A DNA stretch of 64,000 nt, from positions 192,001 through 256,000 of the forward strand of contig CAWEPK010000012.1 of assembly GCA_963810935.1 (NCBI GenBank), read 5' to 3'. Shown here piece by piece: positions 19,902 through 29,422 of this stretch. Position numbers and translations under genes: made by a program. The number at the start of each line of letters is the position of its first letter. Position 1 is the stretch's first letter. The DNA is from an uncultured delta proteobacterium (GTDB lineage Bacteria > Desulfobacterota > Syntrophorhabdia > Syntrophorhabdales > WCHB1-27). Under the pieces are notes generated by a model. It saw only the letters and a program-made list of their open reading frames with translations, did no database searches and was not told where the DNA came from.

Positions 19902-20870
19902 GTGAATACCGATATATGCAGCTTCGAGACGCTGGCTCCGGAAGTGAAGAAATTCCTCAAGCTGATGAAGGATATCCCCCAGCCGCCCATATCGATGAAG
20001 ACCTACAAGGCCATTCGCCAATTCATGGCGTCCACGGTCAAAAACGTTGAAAGGCAGAGCTTCTCCGGCACCGTGGAGGACATAACTATACCCGGCCCCG
20101 CAAGACCCATCCCGGTCCGCGTCTACCGGCCCGATTCAGCGAAAGATCCCCTGCCCCTCCTGCTCTATTTCCACGGCGGAGGGTTTGTCCTGGGAGACCT
20201 AGATATGGAAGAAGACACTTGCATTGCCCTTGGCTGGCAGACGCCGTGTGTCGTCGTCTCGGTCGATTACGCCCTGGCGCCTGAGCACCCATCCCCGGCC
20301 GCGCGCGAGGAAGCTTACGCAGCCCTCCTCTGGGCAGCCGGACACGCAGGCGAGATAGGGGCGGACGCAGGAAGGATTGCAGTCGCAGGCCAGAGCGCGG
20401 GGGGCAACCTGGCGGCAGTCATCTCCATCATGTCGAGGGACCTGGGAGGACCGACTATCGCCTTCCAGGCGCTTTTCTATCCTGCAACGGACCTCGCAGC
20501 CGGCGCCAGCCCGTCGCGTCGCGATTTCAGTAAAGGGTTTTTCCTGGACGCACGCGATATGGAAGGGGTCGTTTCCATGTATGTCCCTGACGAGAAGGAC
20601 CGCCTGCACCCCTATGTCTCACCGCTGCGCGTCCAGGACGCCTCCCGCCTGCCCCCTGCCCTCGTGGTAACCGCAGGATGCGACCCCTTGCGGGACGAGG
20701 GGGAGGCATACGCAAGAAGGCTGTCCGATGCAGGCGTAAAAGCGGAAATCTTCCGGCTCGGCGACATGATCCATGCCTTCCTTTACCTCTTCAAATCGGC
20801 CGGCAGCACCAGGCGCGTAATCGAGACCACAGCCGCCCGGCTGCGGGAGGCATTCGGCCCCCGCACTTGA
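19902..20870 (+). CDS. HSL-family alpha/beta hydrolase (esterase/lipase)
   Basis: HGGGF, GQSAGG nucleophile, DPLRDEG, HAF; AAGGAG RBS before GTG. Confidence 0.92.
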   Translation: MNTDICSFETLAPEVKKFLKLMKDIPQPPISMKTYKAIRQFMASTVKNVERQSFSGTVEDITIPGPARPIPVRVYRPDSAKDPLPLLLYFHGGGFVLGDLDMEEDTCIALGWQTPCVVVSVDYALAPEHPSPAAREEAYAALLWAAGHAGEIGADAGRIAVAGQSAGGNLAAVISIMSRDLGGPTIAFQALFYPATDLAAGASPSRRDFSKGFFLDARDMEGVVSMYVPDEKDRLHPYVSPLRVQDASRLPPALVVTAGCDPLRDEGEAYARRLSDAGVKAEIFRLGDMIHAFLYLFKSAGSTRRVIETTAARLREAFGPRT

Positions 20871-20886
20871 GCCGCAATGATTGTAA

Positions 20887-20962
20887 TAAAGCAAGCGTAT
20901 GCGCCGAGCCGAGCGGGGTGGCTCCGCGAGCTTCGCTCGTGGAGGGGGCGCTGAGCCCCATT
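20887..20962 (+). repeat. Family A element, copy 5
   Basis: Core with TAAAGCAAGCGTATGCG 5' extension similar to copy 6; followed by a 32-bp duplicate of the esterase 3' end. Confidence 0.85.
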
Positions 20963-21218
20963 GATTGAGACCACAGCCGCCCGGCTGCGGGAGGCATTAG
21001 GCCCGGCCTGAGATCCAAGGCCGAGGTCGCGTCTTGTCGGGCGAGACGCCTGTCTTTCCACTCAAGACTTCTGTCTTCCGCCGTAAGACCCGCCCTGCTC
21101 CGCTGCGCCATCTTTAGGCGCTTTTTCGCCGCTGTAACCATATGGGGCGAAAGGCACGCTTCTTGTAACAAGTCAGAGGATCGCACAAATAAAACCGGCC
21201 GGCGCCTAGCAGGAGAGC

Positions 21219-22061
21219 ATGCGGGTCTTCACTCGTCAGGGACGGAAACGCATTTTCGGAAGCCCGACGTCTTGCGCGGCAGCGGCCTTACTCTCTTTTC
21301 TCTTTGCCCTTCTTTCATGCCTTTTTTTATTTCCCACTCCGGCAGGCGCGGTCACAGAGCTCGGCCCTCCCGAACCGATGGCGCGCTACGGGAACTGGTC
21401 GGTCGCAGTGGGGGGCTTTTATTACGAAGACAAGCTAATCACGAAATCGCCGACCGTCTTCGAGAATACTAAAACGGTGCAAAACCGCCTCTACTTCGAA
21501 TACGTTGAAGCAACCTACGGCTTCCTGCCCAACTGGGAGGTTTACGCCCAGGCGGGGGACGTAGATGTGCGGGTCAAGCGCGCCTTTGAATACGAGGACT
21601 TCCAGGACACGAAACGTCCCTTCGGCCTGATGGGCTTCAGGGGGTCGGTTTACCAGAACGGGCGATTCTCGTTTGGGCCTTTTATCGAGGCGACCATCTA
21701 CAGCGATTACGACAGCCGCCTTTCAGGGATAGGCGCTGTCAACGGCCAAAGCGTCAACTTTACGGCAGACGTCCACTACCAGAACCCGTGGGACGCGACA
21801 GCAGGCGTAAGCGCCGTGTACAGAGAAAAGCGTTTCGCCGTGTACGGCGGCGCTTTTGGCTACGTGTACAGGGTAAGCATCACGGGCCCGGTCCAGAGCA
21901 CAACCTTCAACGGCAACCTCCACATCGACTACCAGGAAGAGACCAACGTCGGCGGCTACGTCGGCGTGCGCCTGCTGCTGCCGGAGGGCTTCAGCGCGGG
22001 CATCGAGGCCCAGTACAGGGAGAGGTATTCCTTCGGCGTCTCCCTGCATAAATCGTTCTGA
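21219..22061 (+). CDS. Predicted outer-membrane beta-barrel protein
   Basis: Signal peptide, alternating beta strands, C-terminal Phe; paralogous to 31911-32653. Confidence 0.65.
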   Translation: MRVFTRQGRKRIFGSPTSCAAAALLSFLFALLSCLFLFPTPAGAVTELGPPEPMARYGNWSVAVGGFYYEDKLITKSPTVFENTKTVQNRLYFEYVEATYGFLPNWEVYAQAGDVDVRVKRAFEYEDFQDTKRPFGLMGFRGSVYQNGRFSFGPFIEATIYSDYDSRLSGIGAVNGQSVNFTADVHYQNPWDATAGVSAVYREKRFAVYGGAFGYVYRVSITGPVQSTTFNGNLHIDYQEETNVGGYVGVRLLLPEGFSAGIEAQYRERYSFGVSLHKSF

Positions 22062-22153
22062 CCGCAAAAACTCCTCCTTCTTCCGTTCCGCGCCTTTCGG
22101 CCTTCCTATTGACAACCGCCTTTCGGCCGTGAAACACTACGACGAGGGTGTGC

Positions 22154-23429
22154 ATGCACTATGCGTGGGTCATAGCCGGCGCCGGGGCGGTCATCGTTCT
22201 CTTCGCGCACGGCCTGGCAAGGATGTCCTACGGGGTGATCCTTCCGTTCATGAAGGAGCAGCTCGCCCTCAACTTACACCCAGATCGGCCTGATTGCGAC
22301 GGGCAACTTCATAGGCTACCTGCTGTTTACAACGTTCGGCGGCTTTCTGGCGGCCCGCTTCGGCACCCGCAAGGTCATAACGATATCGCTCTTCATTACG
22401 GGTTTCTTCCTGTTCATCACCGGCTTCGCGAATTCTTTTTCATTCGCCTTCGTCGCCCGGCTGATAACGGGTATAGGCAACGGCGGCTGCTTCGTGCCGA
22501 TGATGAGTCTGCCCGCCGCCTGGTTCGTTGCGAGGAAGCGCGGCATGGCTATGGGTATAGTCAACATAGGGGTATGCATGGGCCTCGTCCTCTCCGGGTT
22601 CTTGCTGCCCTCCTGCATAAGCTTCTTCGGCGCCGAAGGGTGGCGCTGGGCGTGGCGCTTCATAGGCATCGGCGTCGTCGCCTGCGCCTTCCTTTGCTGG
22701 GTAGTCATAAGGAACAACCCGGCCGAGAAAGGGCTTTCCATGTACGGGGCATCGGCCGGCGACGCGCAGCCTCCCCAAGTGTTGACGCTTTTCGCCGCCT
22801 TCCGCCGCGTAGTCGGTGAAAAGGAGGTCTGGAAGCTTAGCTGCGTCTATCTGACCTACGGCTTTTCTTACATCATCTACGTGACGTTCTTCGTAGCCTT
22901 CCTTACGAAAGAGGCGGGGATGACCACTGCCCAGGCGGGCGCCATCTTTGCGACGATAGGCGTAATCGCCATTTTCGGCGGGCTCCTTACCGGCATGCTT
23001 TCAGACGTCATCGGCAGGCGGTATGCCTGCATCTGCGTTTACCTGACCCTCGCTCTCGCCTACGCCCTGCCCGCCTTCTTCAGCGGGAAGGCGATCTTTT
23101 ACGTGTCGGCGGTGCTGTTCGGCCTCGCCTTCTCCGTGCCGGTGCTCATGGCCGCCGCGGCGGGCGATGCGGTTGGCGGCCGGCTCGCCCCGGCAGCCCT
23201 TGGCCTCACCACGCTCGTTTTCGCCATCGGCCAGATATTCGGGCCTTACGTGGGCGGCTACATCAAGGACGCGACAGGCACGTTCACATATTCCTTCATG
23301 CTTTGCTCCGCCGTTGCCGTAGCAGGGGCGCTCTTCTCTTTGCTCCTTAAAAAGAAGGCACAACCGGAGACCGAAAGGGGCCTCGCCAAAAGAGGGCCGG
23401 ATGAGGAGAAATCGCCATCTTTGGCTTGA
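22154..23429 (+). CDS. MFS transporter (YbfB/YjiJ-like), frameshift near 22272
   Basis: HYAWVI..GLARMSYGVILPFMK N-terminus joins the ORF with LAARFG and LSDVIGRR motifs. Confidence 0.85.
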
Positions 23430-23500
23430 CATTCCGTCTTGTTTATCCTACCGTCAAATAATAACGTCCACATTTTCCGAAAGAAATAACGGGGGGAGCC

Positions 23501-24520
23501 ATGGACAGTAGCAGAAGGGATTTTCTGAAGGGCGCGTGCGCCGTCGCAGTCGTGGCAGCGTCGCTGGGAGGCGTAAAGCCGAAAGAAGCGCACGCCGCAC
23601 CCGAAGCAGGGTCCAAAAGCGGACTGGCAACAGGCCTGACGCTCCTGACGATGAGCCACAGCGACGAATACCGCCTGGGCGCCAAAACTGAAAAGGGTGT
23701 CCTCGACGTGCACAAGGCGGCCACGCTGCTCCGTATGCGCGCCCCTGTCACGATGGACGATATGCTACAGAACGAGGAAGGGGCAGCCGTGAACGCAGTC
23801 GTGGCGGCAGCCCTCAAGTCGGAATCCGCGCGGACTGCCTTCGCCCCTGAGTACACCGTCGGTTACGGACCGGTAGTTACGCGGCCGGAGAAGATCATCT
23901 GCGTCGACCTCAACTACAGGCGGCACGCGGCGGAAGTCGGCGCGCCCATACCGAAGGCGCCCGTTCTCTTCAACAAATACAATACCGCCCTCAACTGTCA
24001 CAAGGGCTTCATAAAGCTGCCGGTGGAGGTCGCGAAGAAATTCGACTACGAGTGCGAGCTGGTCATCGTAATGGGACGCACGGCGAAGAATGTAAGCGAG
24101 GCGGACGCCCTGTCATACGTCGCCGGCTACTGCACGGGTAACGACTTCACCGCCCGCGACCTCCAGAACGAGATGGGCGGCCAGTGGATGCTCGGCAAGA
24201 CGCCGGACCAGTTCGCCCCGCTCGGGCCTTACCTCGTCACTGCCGACCAGGTCGACCCCGATAAGCTGAAGGTCGAGCTGCGCGTCAACGGCGAGCTCCG
24301 CCAGTCGTCGAACACGAGCGACATGATCTTCAACACCCGGAAGATAATCAGCTTCATCTCCCGGTATATCACAATGAAGCCGGGGGACATCATCTTCACG
24401 GGCACGCCGGAAGGCGTGATCGCGGGCAAGCCGCCTGCCCACCAGGTATGGCTAAAGCCCGGCGACAAGATCGCGTGCAGCCTCGAAAAGCTGGGCGAGC
24501 TGCGGTTTGACCTGACATAG
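23501..24520 (+). CDS. Fumarylacetoacetate hydrolase-family protein with Tat signal peptide
   Basis: SRRDFLK..AHA signal; LNYxxH, DYECEL, NDFTARD, GDIIFTGTPEGV. Confidence 0.88.
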   Translation: MDSSRRDFLKGACAVAVVAASLGGVKPKEAHAAPEAGSKSGLATGLTLLTMSHSDEYRLGAKTEKGVLDVHKAATLLRMRAPVTMDDMLQNEEGAAVNAVVAAALKSESARTAFAPEYTVGYGPVVTRPEKIICVDLNYRRHAAEVGAPIPKAPVLFNKYNTALNCHKGFIKLPVEVAKKFDYECELVIVMGRTAKNVSEADALSYVAGYCTGNDFTARDLQNEMGGQWMLGKTPDQFAPLGPYLVTADQVDPDKLKVELRVNGELRQSSNTSDMIFNTRKIISFISRYITMKPGDIIFTGTPEGVIAGKPPAHQVWLKPGDKIACSLEKLGELRFDLT

Positions 24521-24668
24521 GGAATCGATCACCGCTTAGGTCTGTTTTGCATCTTTCCGGCGCAAACCGGCATGGAAAGTCACGTCAGGTTGCAGCCGGC
24601 CTTCCGGGTAATTACACTTAGACAAACAGCTACGGTCTTCATATACGTCCGACAACGGAGGTCGCAAG

Positions 24669-26099
24669 ACGGCTTCACCCTTCAGGCTGCTCATAGTCCG
24701 CCTGCCATGCAGGAAAATCTATCCGGTGGGGCCGGTCTACGTCGCATCCGCGATCCGGCGGGCCGCGCCCGACCTGCCTGTACGCCTGCTCGACCTGGCG
24801 GCAGTGCAGGCTGCGCCATCAGCCAAAAGGCGTCTTCTTGCTACGGTGATACGCGAATTCCGGCCGGACGCGATCGCCTTCTCCTGGCGTGACCTCCAGG
24901 TCTTTGCCCCACAGGACATGGACCACGGACTAAGGCACGCCTTCACGTTCTTTTACGACCCGTCGCTTACAAGGAGAGCCGCCGCAGCCGTCGCGGGCCT
25001 CGGCGACATCATTCATTACAAAAGCGCCCTTTCCGAAGGGCTTAGCCTCATGCGGGCAGCCTGCGCAGCAGCCCCGGCAGCGCAAATTGCCGCAGGCGGG
25101 CCGGCGATAACAATATTCGGAGACCAGCTCAAGCCGCGCGTGCCCGCGCAGGTACGCCTGATCTCCGACCTGCCGGAGCTCTTCCCTTTCCTCGGCCTTA
25201 CCCCCCCGGACGACCCCTTCGAGCCGATGCTCGACCTTTCGGCGATCGAGCAGGTCTTCCCGCAGTGGACCGCTTATACGGACAACGAGATAGGCGTGCA
25301 GACGAAACGCGGCTGCCCACAGCATTGCCTGTACTGCCTCTATGGCTACCTCGAAGGCAGGCAGGTGAGGCGCAGGCCGCCGGAGCGCGTCGTGCAGGAG
25401 ATCGCCGGCTACTGCGAAAGGTGGGGTACGCGCCGCTTCTGGCTTGCGGACGCGCAGCTCCTCTCGGGTCCTGCCGATGAAAACCACCTGTCGGAGCTTC
25501 TCGGCCGCGTCATCAGTCGCAGGCTCGACCTGACGTGGTCCGGCTATATCAGGGTCAACGGATTGAAAGAACGACTCGCGCGGCTCATGGTCGAATCGGG
25601 CCTGTGGGACATCGAGGTAGCCCTCAACTCAGGCGCACAGGGCGTGCTCGACGAGCTTCGGATGGGCTTTTCCGCCGATGACGTAATTGCGGGGCTCGCC
25701 GCGCTTGCGCAGGCAGGCTACAGGGGGAAGGTGAAGCTCGATATCTCCCTGAACAGCCCAGGCGAGACGGAAGATACGCTCCGCGAGACGATAAGCGTCG
25801 TCCGGAGGATAAAGGCAATGTTCGGCCCGGACCGCGTACTCCCCGTCATTTTCTTCCTCGCAGTCCAGCCGCACACCGGCCTGGAGAAGAGGGCCCTCGC
25901 GGACGGCGCGCTGAAGGCAGGATACGACCCGTTGAGCGTCTGGCCCTGGGACGTGCGCAAGCTGATCTACAACCCCCCGCCGCTCGATGCCGTCATAGGA
26001 CGCTCGTGCGCCCTTGCCTTCCGCAATCAGGCGTCCGAGTGCGGAGACGTTATCATGCAAAACCTGGAAGCGGCCCTTTTCGGCCAAGGAGGTGCTTAA
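24669..26099 (+). CDS. B12-binding radical SAM protein, cyanobacterial Slr0320-like
   Basis: RLLIVRLPCRKIYPVGPVY, FSWRDLQVFAP, VQTKRGCPQHCLYCLY (CxxxCxxC), LIYNPPPL; conserved N-terminus lies upstream of the called GTG. Confidence 0.8.
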   Translation, partial: TASPFRLLIVRLPCRKIYPVGPVYVASAIRRAAPDLPVRLLDLAAVQAAPSAKRRLLATVIREFRPDAIAFSWRDLQVFAPQDMDHGLRHAFTFFYDPSLTRRAAAAVAGLGDIIHYKSALSEGLSLMRAACAAAPAAQIAAGGPAITIFGDQLKPRVPAQVRLISDLPELFPFLGLTPPDDPFEPMLDLSAIEQVFPQWTAYTDNEIGVQTKRGCPQHCLYCLYGYLEGRQVRRRPPERVVQEIAGYCERWGTRRFWLADAQLLSGPADENHLSELLGRVISRRLDLTWSGYIRVNGLKERLARLMVESGLWDIEVALNSGAQGVLDELRMGFSADDVIAGLAALAQAGYRGKVKLDISLNSPGETEDTLRETISVVRRIKAMFGPDRVLPVIFFLAVQPHTGLEKRALADGALKAGYDPLSVWPWDVRKLIYNPPPLDAVIGRSCALAFRNQASECGDVIMQNLEAALFGQGGA

Positions 26100-27021
26100 A
26101 TGCCGGGCACAGGCATTGTCGCCGGTAAGGTAAAGGTCTATTTCGGCTTCTCGCGGATGTCCCATTCGGTGCTCGATATCGGCCACCCGGCAGTGGCGGC
26201 GCTGCTCATGCTTGGGCGCATGGCCGCACTACCCTACGCTCATACTCGGCCTCGTCGCCGCCTTTTCCGGTTACACGGCCGTCTTCGCCCTCAACGACCT
26301 GATGGACTTCAAGGTGGACACTGAACGGATCGAGCAGGCGCGCAGGGACTTCACCGCCTTCGACCTGGACGTACTCGGCGTCCGCCACCCCATCGCGCAA
26401 AAAGTGCTCACTTTCCGGCAGGGCCTTGCCTGGGTGCTCTTCTGGGGCATCATCTCCCTCGCCGCCGCCTTCATGCTCAGCCCCCTTTGCTTCCTCATGC
26501 TGCTCATCTCTATCGGGTTGGAGATGACTTACTGCGCCCTGCTGCGGTTAAGCCACTGGAAGGCCGCGCTCTCCGGTCTGATGGTGGGGGCCGGGGCGCT
26601 CGCGGGCGTCTTCGCGGTCGACAACACGCCGTCTATCTCTTTCAGCTTCCTGATATTCATGTGGTCGTTCTGCTGGGAGGTAGGGGCGCGGAATATCCCG
26701 AACGACTGGACCGACCTTGAGGAGGACACGCACCTGGGGATAAGGACGTTCCCCGTTCGCTACGGCCGGGCAATCTCTGCGCGGGTATCCTTCTGCCTAA
26801 CATCACTTGCAGTGCTCGCCAGCGTCCTGCTCCCCGTCTACGGCTCCTGTTCGAACCCGGTGCTCTACGAGGCCGGGGCCCTTGCCGCCGGCGCTTTCCT
26901 GATGGTGGGGCCTGCGCTCAAATGGCTCCGCGAAGGCACGGTAACAAGCGCCATAGCGCTGTTCAACCGGGCGTGCTTTTATCCGGCGGCCATGCTGGGT
27001 ATCGCGATAATAGCTATATAG
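26100..27021 (+). CDS. UbiA-family prenyltransferase, frameshift near 26215
   Basis: FALNDLMDFKVD, RHPIAQ, NIPNDWTDLEED Asp-rich motifs; ATG immediately after the radical SAM stop. Confidence 0.88.
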
Positions 27022-27174
27022 CAAGTATGTGAGGGCGGCCGGGATTAATTTCGCGCCTTTCGCGTCGTTTTCCCAGGCGCGAGCTCTCACTTGCCACCCG
27101 CCCGACCGCCTGGCGATGCCGCAAGCTTGGAGCGCGGGTACCCGGCTACCGTTTTATATGCTCCGGCTCGCTTC

Positions 27175-27202
27175 CTCGAAAAGCAACACGAAATCCATCG
27201 AA
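27175..27202 (-). repeat. Truncated family B palindrome arm
   Basis: GATGGATTTCGTGTTGCTTTTCGAGG versus GATGGAATTCGCGTTGCTTTTCGAAGG near 35325. Confidence 0.55.
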
Positions 27203-27461
27203 AATCTCCCGTCTGCCGAAGAGTTTGGCACCTCTTACACCTACGAGGCGTTGAGTTGGCGGTTAGGCTGGAACAAGGATTACCGCAGGAAAGGGCGATC
27301 CTCCACCGGACAGACAACATATAGAGCCAAGTCCTCATCTCCTTTGGAGTTACTTGTTTACGGCTGTCCGCTATTCCCCCCTTTCACGGTTGCTTCAGCA
27401 TGAGACTCGATTCTTCTTTTTTGGTCCGCTCTCACATGAATTTACTTTTCCGGACCCACCG

Positions 27462-27508
27462 CTGTAGCAATCGCTACAGACGCCGTCGATCTTTCGATGT
27501 TTTATAAT
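27462..27508 (+). promoter_or_regulatory. CRP/FNR-family-like palindrome and -10 box
   Basis: CTGTAGC-AATC-GCTACAG (TGTA-N8-TACA) at 27462-27479; TATAAT at 27503-27508. Confidence 0.6.
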
Positions 27509-27549
27509 ATCCATGGGATTGCAGGCCCACTATCTATAAGGAGGAACCA

Positions 27550-27969
27550 ATGTCGACGGACCTGAAAGCGTATTTCAACAAGATGCCCCGGTTGGGGTTT
27601 CTTGCCACTGCGGGCAAGGACGGAAAGATACATGCCGCCTACTTCGGATCGGCGCAGATGATAGACGAAAAAACGATATTCATGGGCTGCGGCAAGAACC
27701 GGACCTTTTCTTATCTCCAGGAGAATCCTTACGCTCTATTCGCTATTATGGAGCCCGGTCAGACCCCGCCCGAATGGAAGGGAGTAAGGATTTATCTGAG
27801 AATGACTGAGTGTCAGACGTCCGGCGAGAGGCTCGATTCTTTGAAGGCCCAGCTTAGGGCAAAAGCGGGAGAGTCCGCCGCGAACATGATGCACGCAGCC
27901 ATCACCTTTGAGGTACAGGAGGTAAGACCCTTCGCCGACTTCGGACAGGGCTGGGAGAAATCGATATAG
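27550..27969 (+). CDS. Pyridoxamine 5'-phosphate oxidase-like FMN-binding protein
   Basis: GFLATAGKDG..H, RTFSYLQENP, KGVRIY; AAGGAGG RBS. Confidence 0.8.
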   Translation: MSTDLKAYFNKMPRLGFLATAGKDGKIHAAYFGSAQMIDEKTIFMGCGKNRTFSYLQENPYALFAIMEPGQTPPEWKGVRIYLRMTECQTSGERLDSLKAQLRAKAGESAANMMHAAITFEVQEVRPFADFGQGWEKSI

Positions 27970-28201
27970 GCCAAGCCGCACGGAAAGGCGAGTCATGCCG
28001 GCCATTCTAATCGCCTATAGGATCCTGGAGAAGGAGATCGTCCATTCTCTCCCACCGGATGCCAACGAAGATCGATCTGGCCATATTTCGTGAACTCCTT
28101 TCGAACCTTCTCGACGAGACGAGCAGCAAGGCACGGGCAGGTAAGCAGCGGATAACGGTAGGTAGGTGCGGCCCTTGTGCTATAATGAAGCGGGAGGCCC
28201 G

Positions 28202-28910
28202 GTGAGAGAGAAAAAGCCTTTATGCCCTTGCACCGAGATACCCGTCTCGGGGACCAGTTCGGGGTTGTGCCTGGGGCGCGTCTGGCTCTTCGAGAGCCTC
28301 GAGCCTCCTGATTTGCAGGCCCTCATAGGTTCGGCGGTGAGGAACGTCTATGCGCCGGGCCAGCCGATTTTCGTTCAGGCCAATCCTACCGACCGGATGT
28401 TCCTCATCAAGGCAGGGAGGGTTAGGCTGAGCAAGCTCCTTGAAGACGGAACGGAGCTTACCCTCGACATAAGGAAAGCGGGCGATTTCCTGGGCGAGAA
28501 CATGCTCGGGGAAGAGACCGTCTACCCGGTGACGGCATTGTGCATGGAGGAGACCCTGACCTGCGGATTTACGAAGGAAGGGTTCGAGAAGCTGGTCCTT
28601 GGCCACCCGCGCATCGGACTTCAGGTAATGAGAAATCTGAGCAAGCGCATATCATCTCTGTCCAGCCGCATAGAGGCCATGTCCCTCACCCACCTGAGCG
28701 AGCGCCTGTACCAGGTGCTTCGCCACGTGGCGCTGGAACACGGGGTCAAAAGCCAGGCCGGTCTGGTCATAGAGTTCCCCCTCACCCATGATGACCTCGG
28801 CGTTCCTCGTTGGCGCCCACCGGGTGAGCGTCACGAGGGCGCTCAAGGAATTGAAAAGAACGGGGAGCGTCTCCCAGCAGAAGAGACGCCTGGTGGTACG
28901 GGGGGATTAA
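28202..28910 (+). CDS. Crp/Fnr-family regulator with N-terminal Cys (HcpR-like), frameshift near 28800
   Basis: CPC..C N-terminus, cNMP-like domain (GDFLGE), LTHDDL + shifted FLVGAHRVSVTRALKEL HTH ending TAA 28910. Confidence 0.85.
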
Positions 28911-28922
28911 AAAGGAGGTTCT

Positions 28923-29390
28923 ATGGGAGAAGTCATCCACACATCGCGCATCAGGATCGTGAGGGAGAAGGGCCCCACGCGGAAGGCAGTCATAGAGGGG
29001 TTCAACGAGCCGGTATACTACGGCGTCCATAGCGGCATCAAGAAGTTCTACGGCGTCGAACCGGAGAAGGAATATCCCGCCACCCTCGATCATATCATCG
29101 CCGCTACGGCCGGCTGAATGATGGGAACACTGGCCGCGGCGCTGGCCAGAAAAGAGATAAACACGAGGGGCGACCTTTACCGGGCAGAAGTAGAGGGTGA
29201 CATAGAGAACGTTAACGGAGTATTGAAGATCACTCAGATTCGAGTCGACTACCACTTGACGGCAAAAGACGAAAAGGCGCAAGGGGCCCGCGATGCCTTT
29301 GCCTCCTACATTGCCTCATGCCCTGCCGCCCAAAGCGTGATCGGCTGCATTGGTATAAAGGACAACCTGATCTTTCACGCAGAGAACTGA
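28923..29390 (+). CDS. OsmC/Ohr-like selenoprotein (Sec at TGA 29115-29117)
   Basis: Two same-frame ORFs separated only by TGA: ATLDHIIAATAG-U-MMGTL at the first OsmC Cys position; second Cys in SCPAAQSV. Confidence 0.85.
29130..29149 (+). promoter_or_regulatory. Putative bacterial SECIS hairpin (OsmC-like)
   Basis: CTGGCC-GCGGCGCT-GGCCAG starting 12 nt after UGA; G-containing apex. Confidence 0.65.
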
Positions 29391-29422
29391 CAAACCCGGA
29401 AGGGAAGAACAAGGAGACACGA

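Noticed and set aside
27280..27335. Small minus-strand peptide MALYVVCPVEDRPFLR after AAGGAG
   Set aside because: Too short, competing ATG in another frame, no homology evidence
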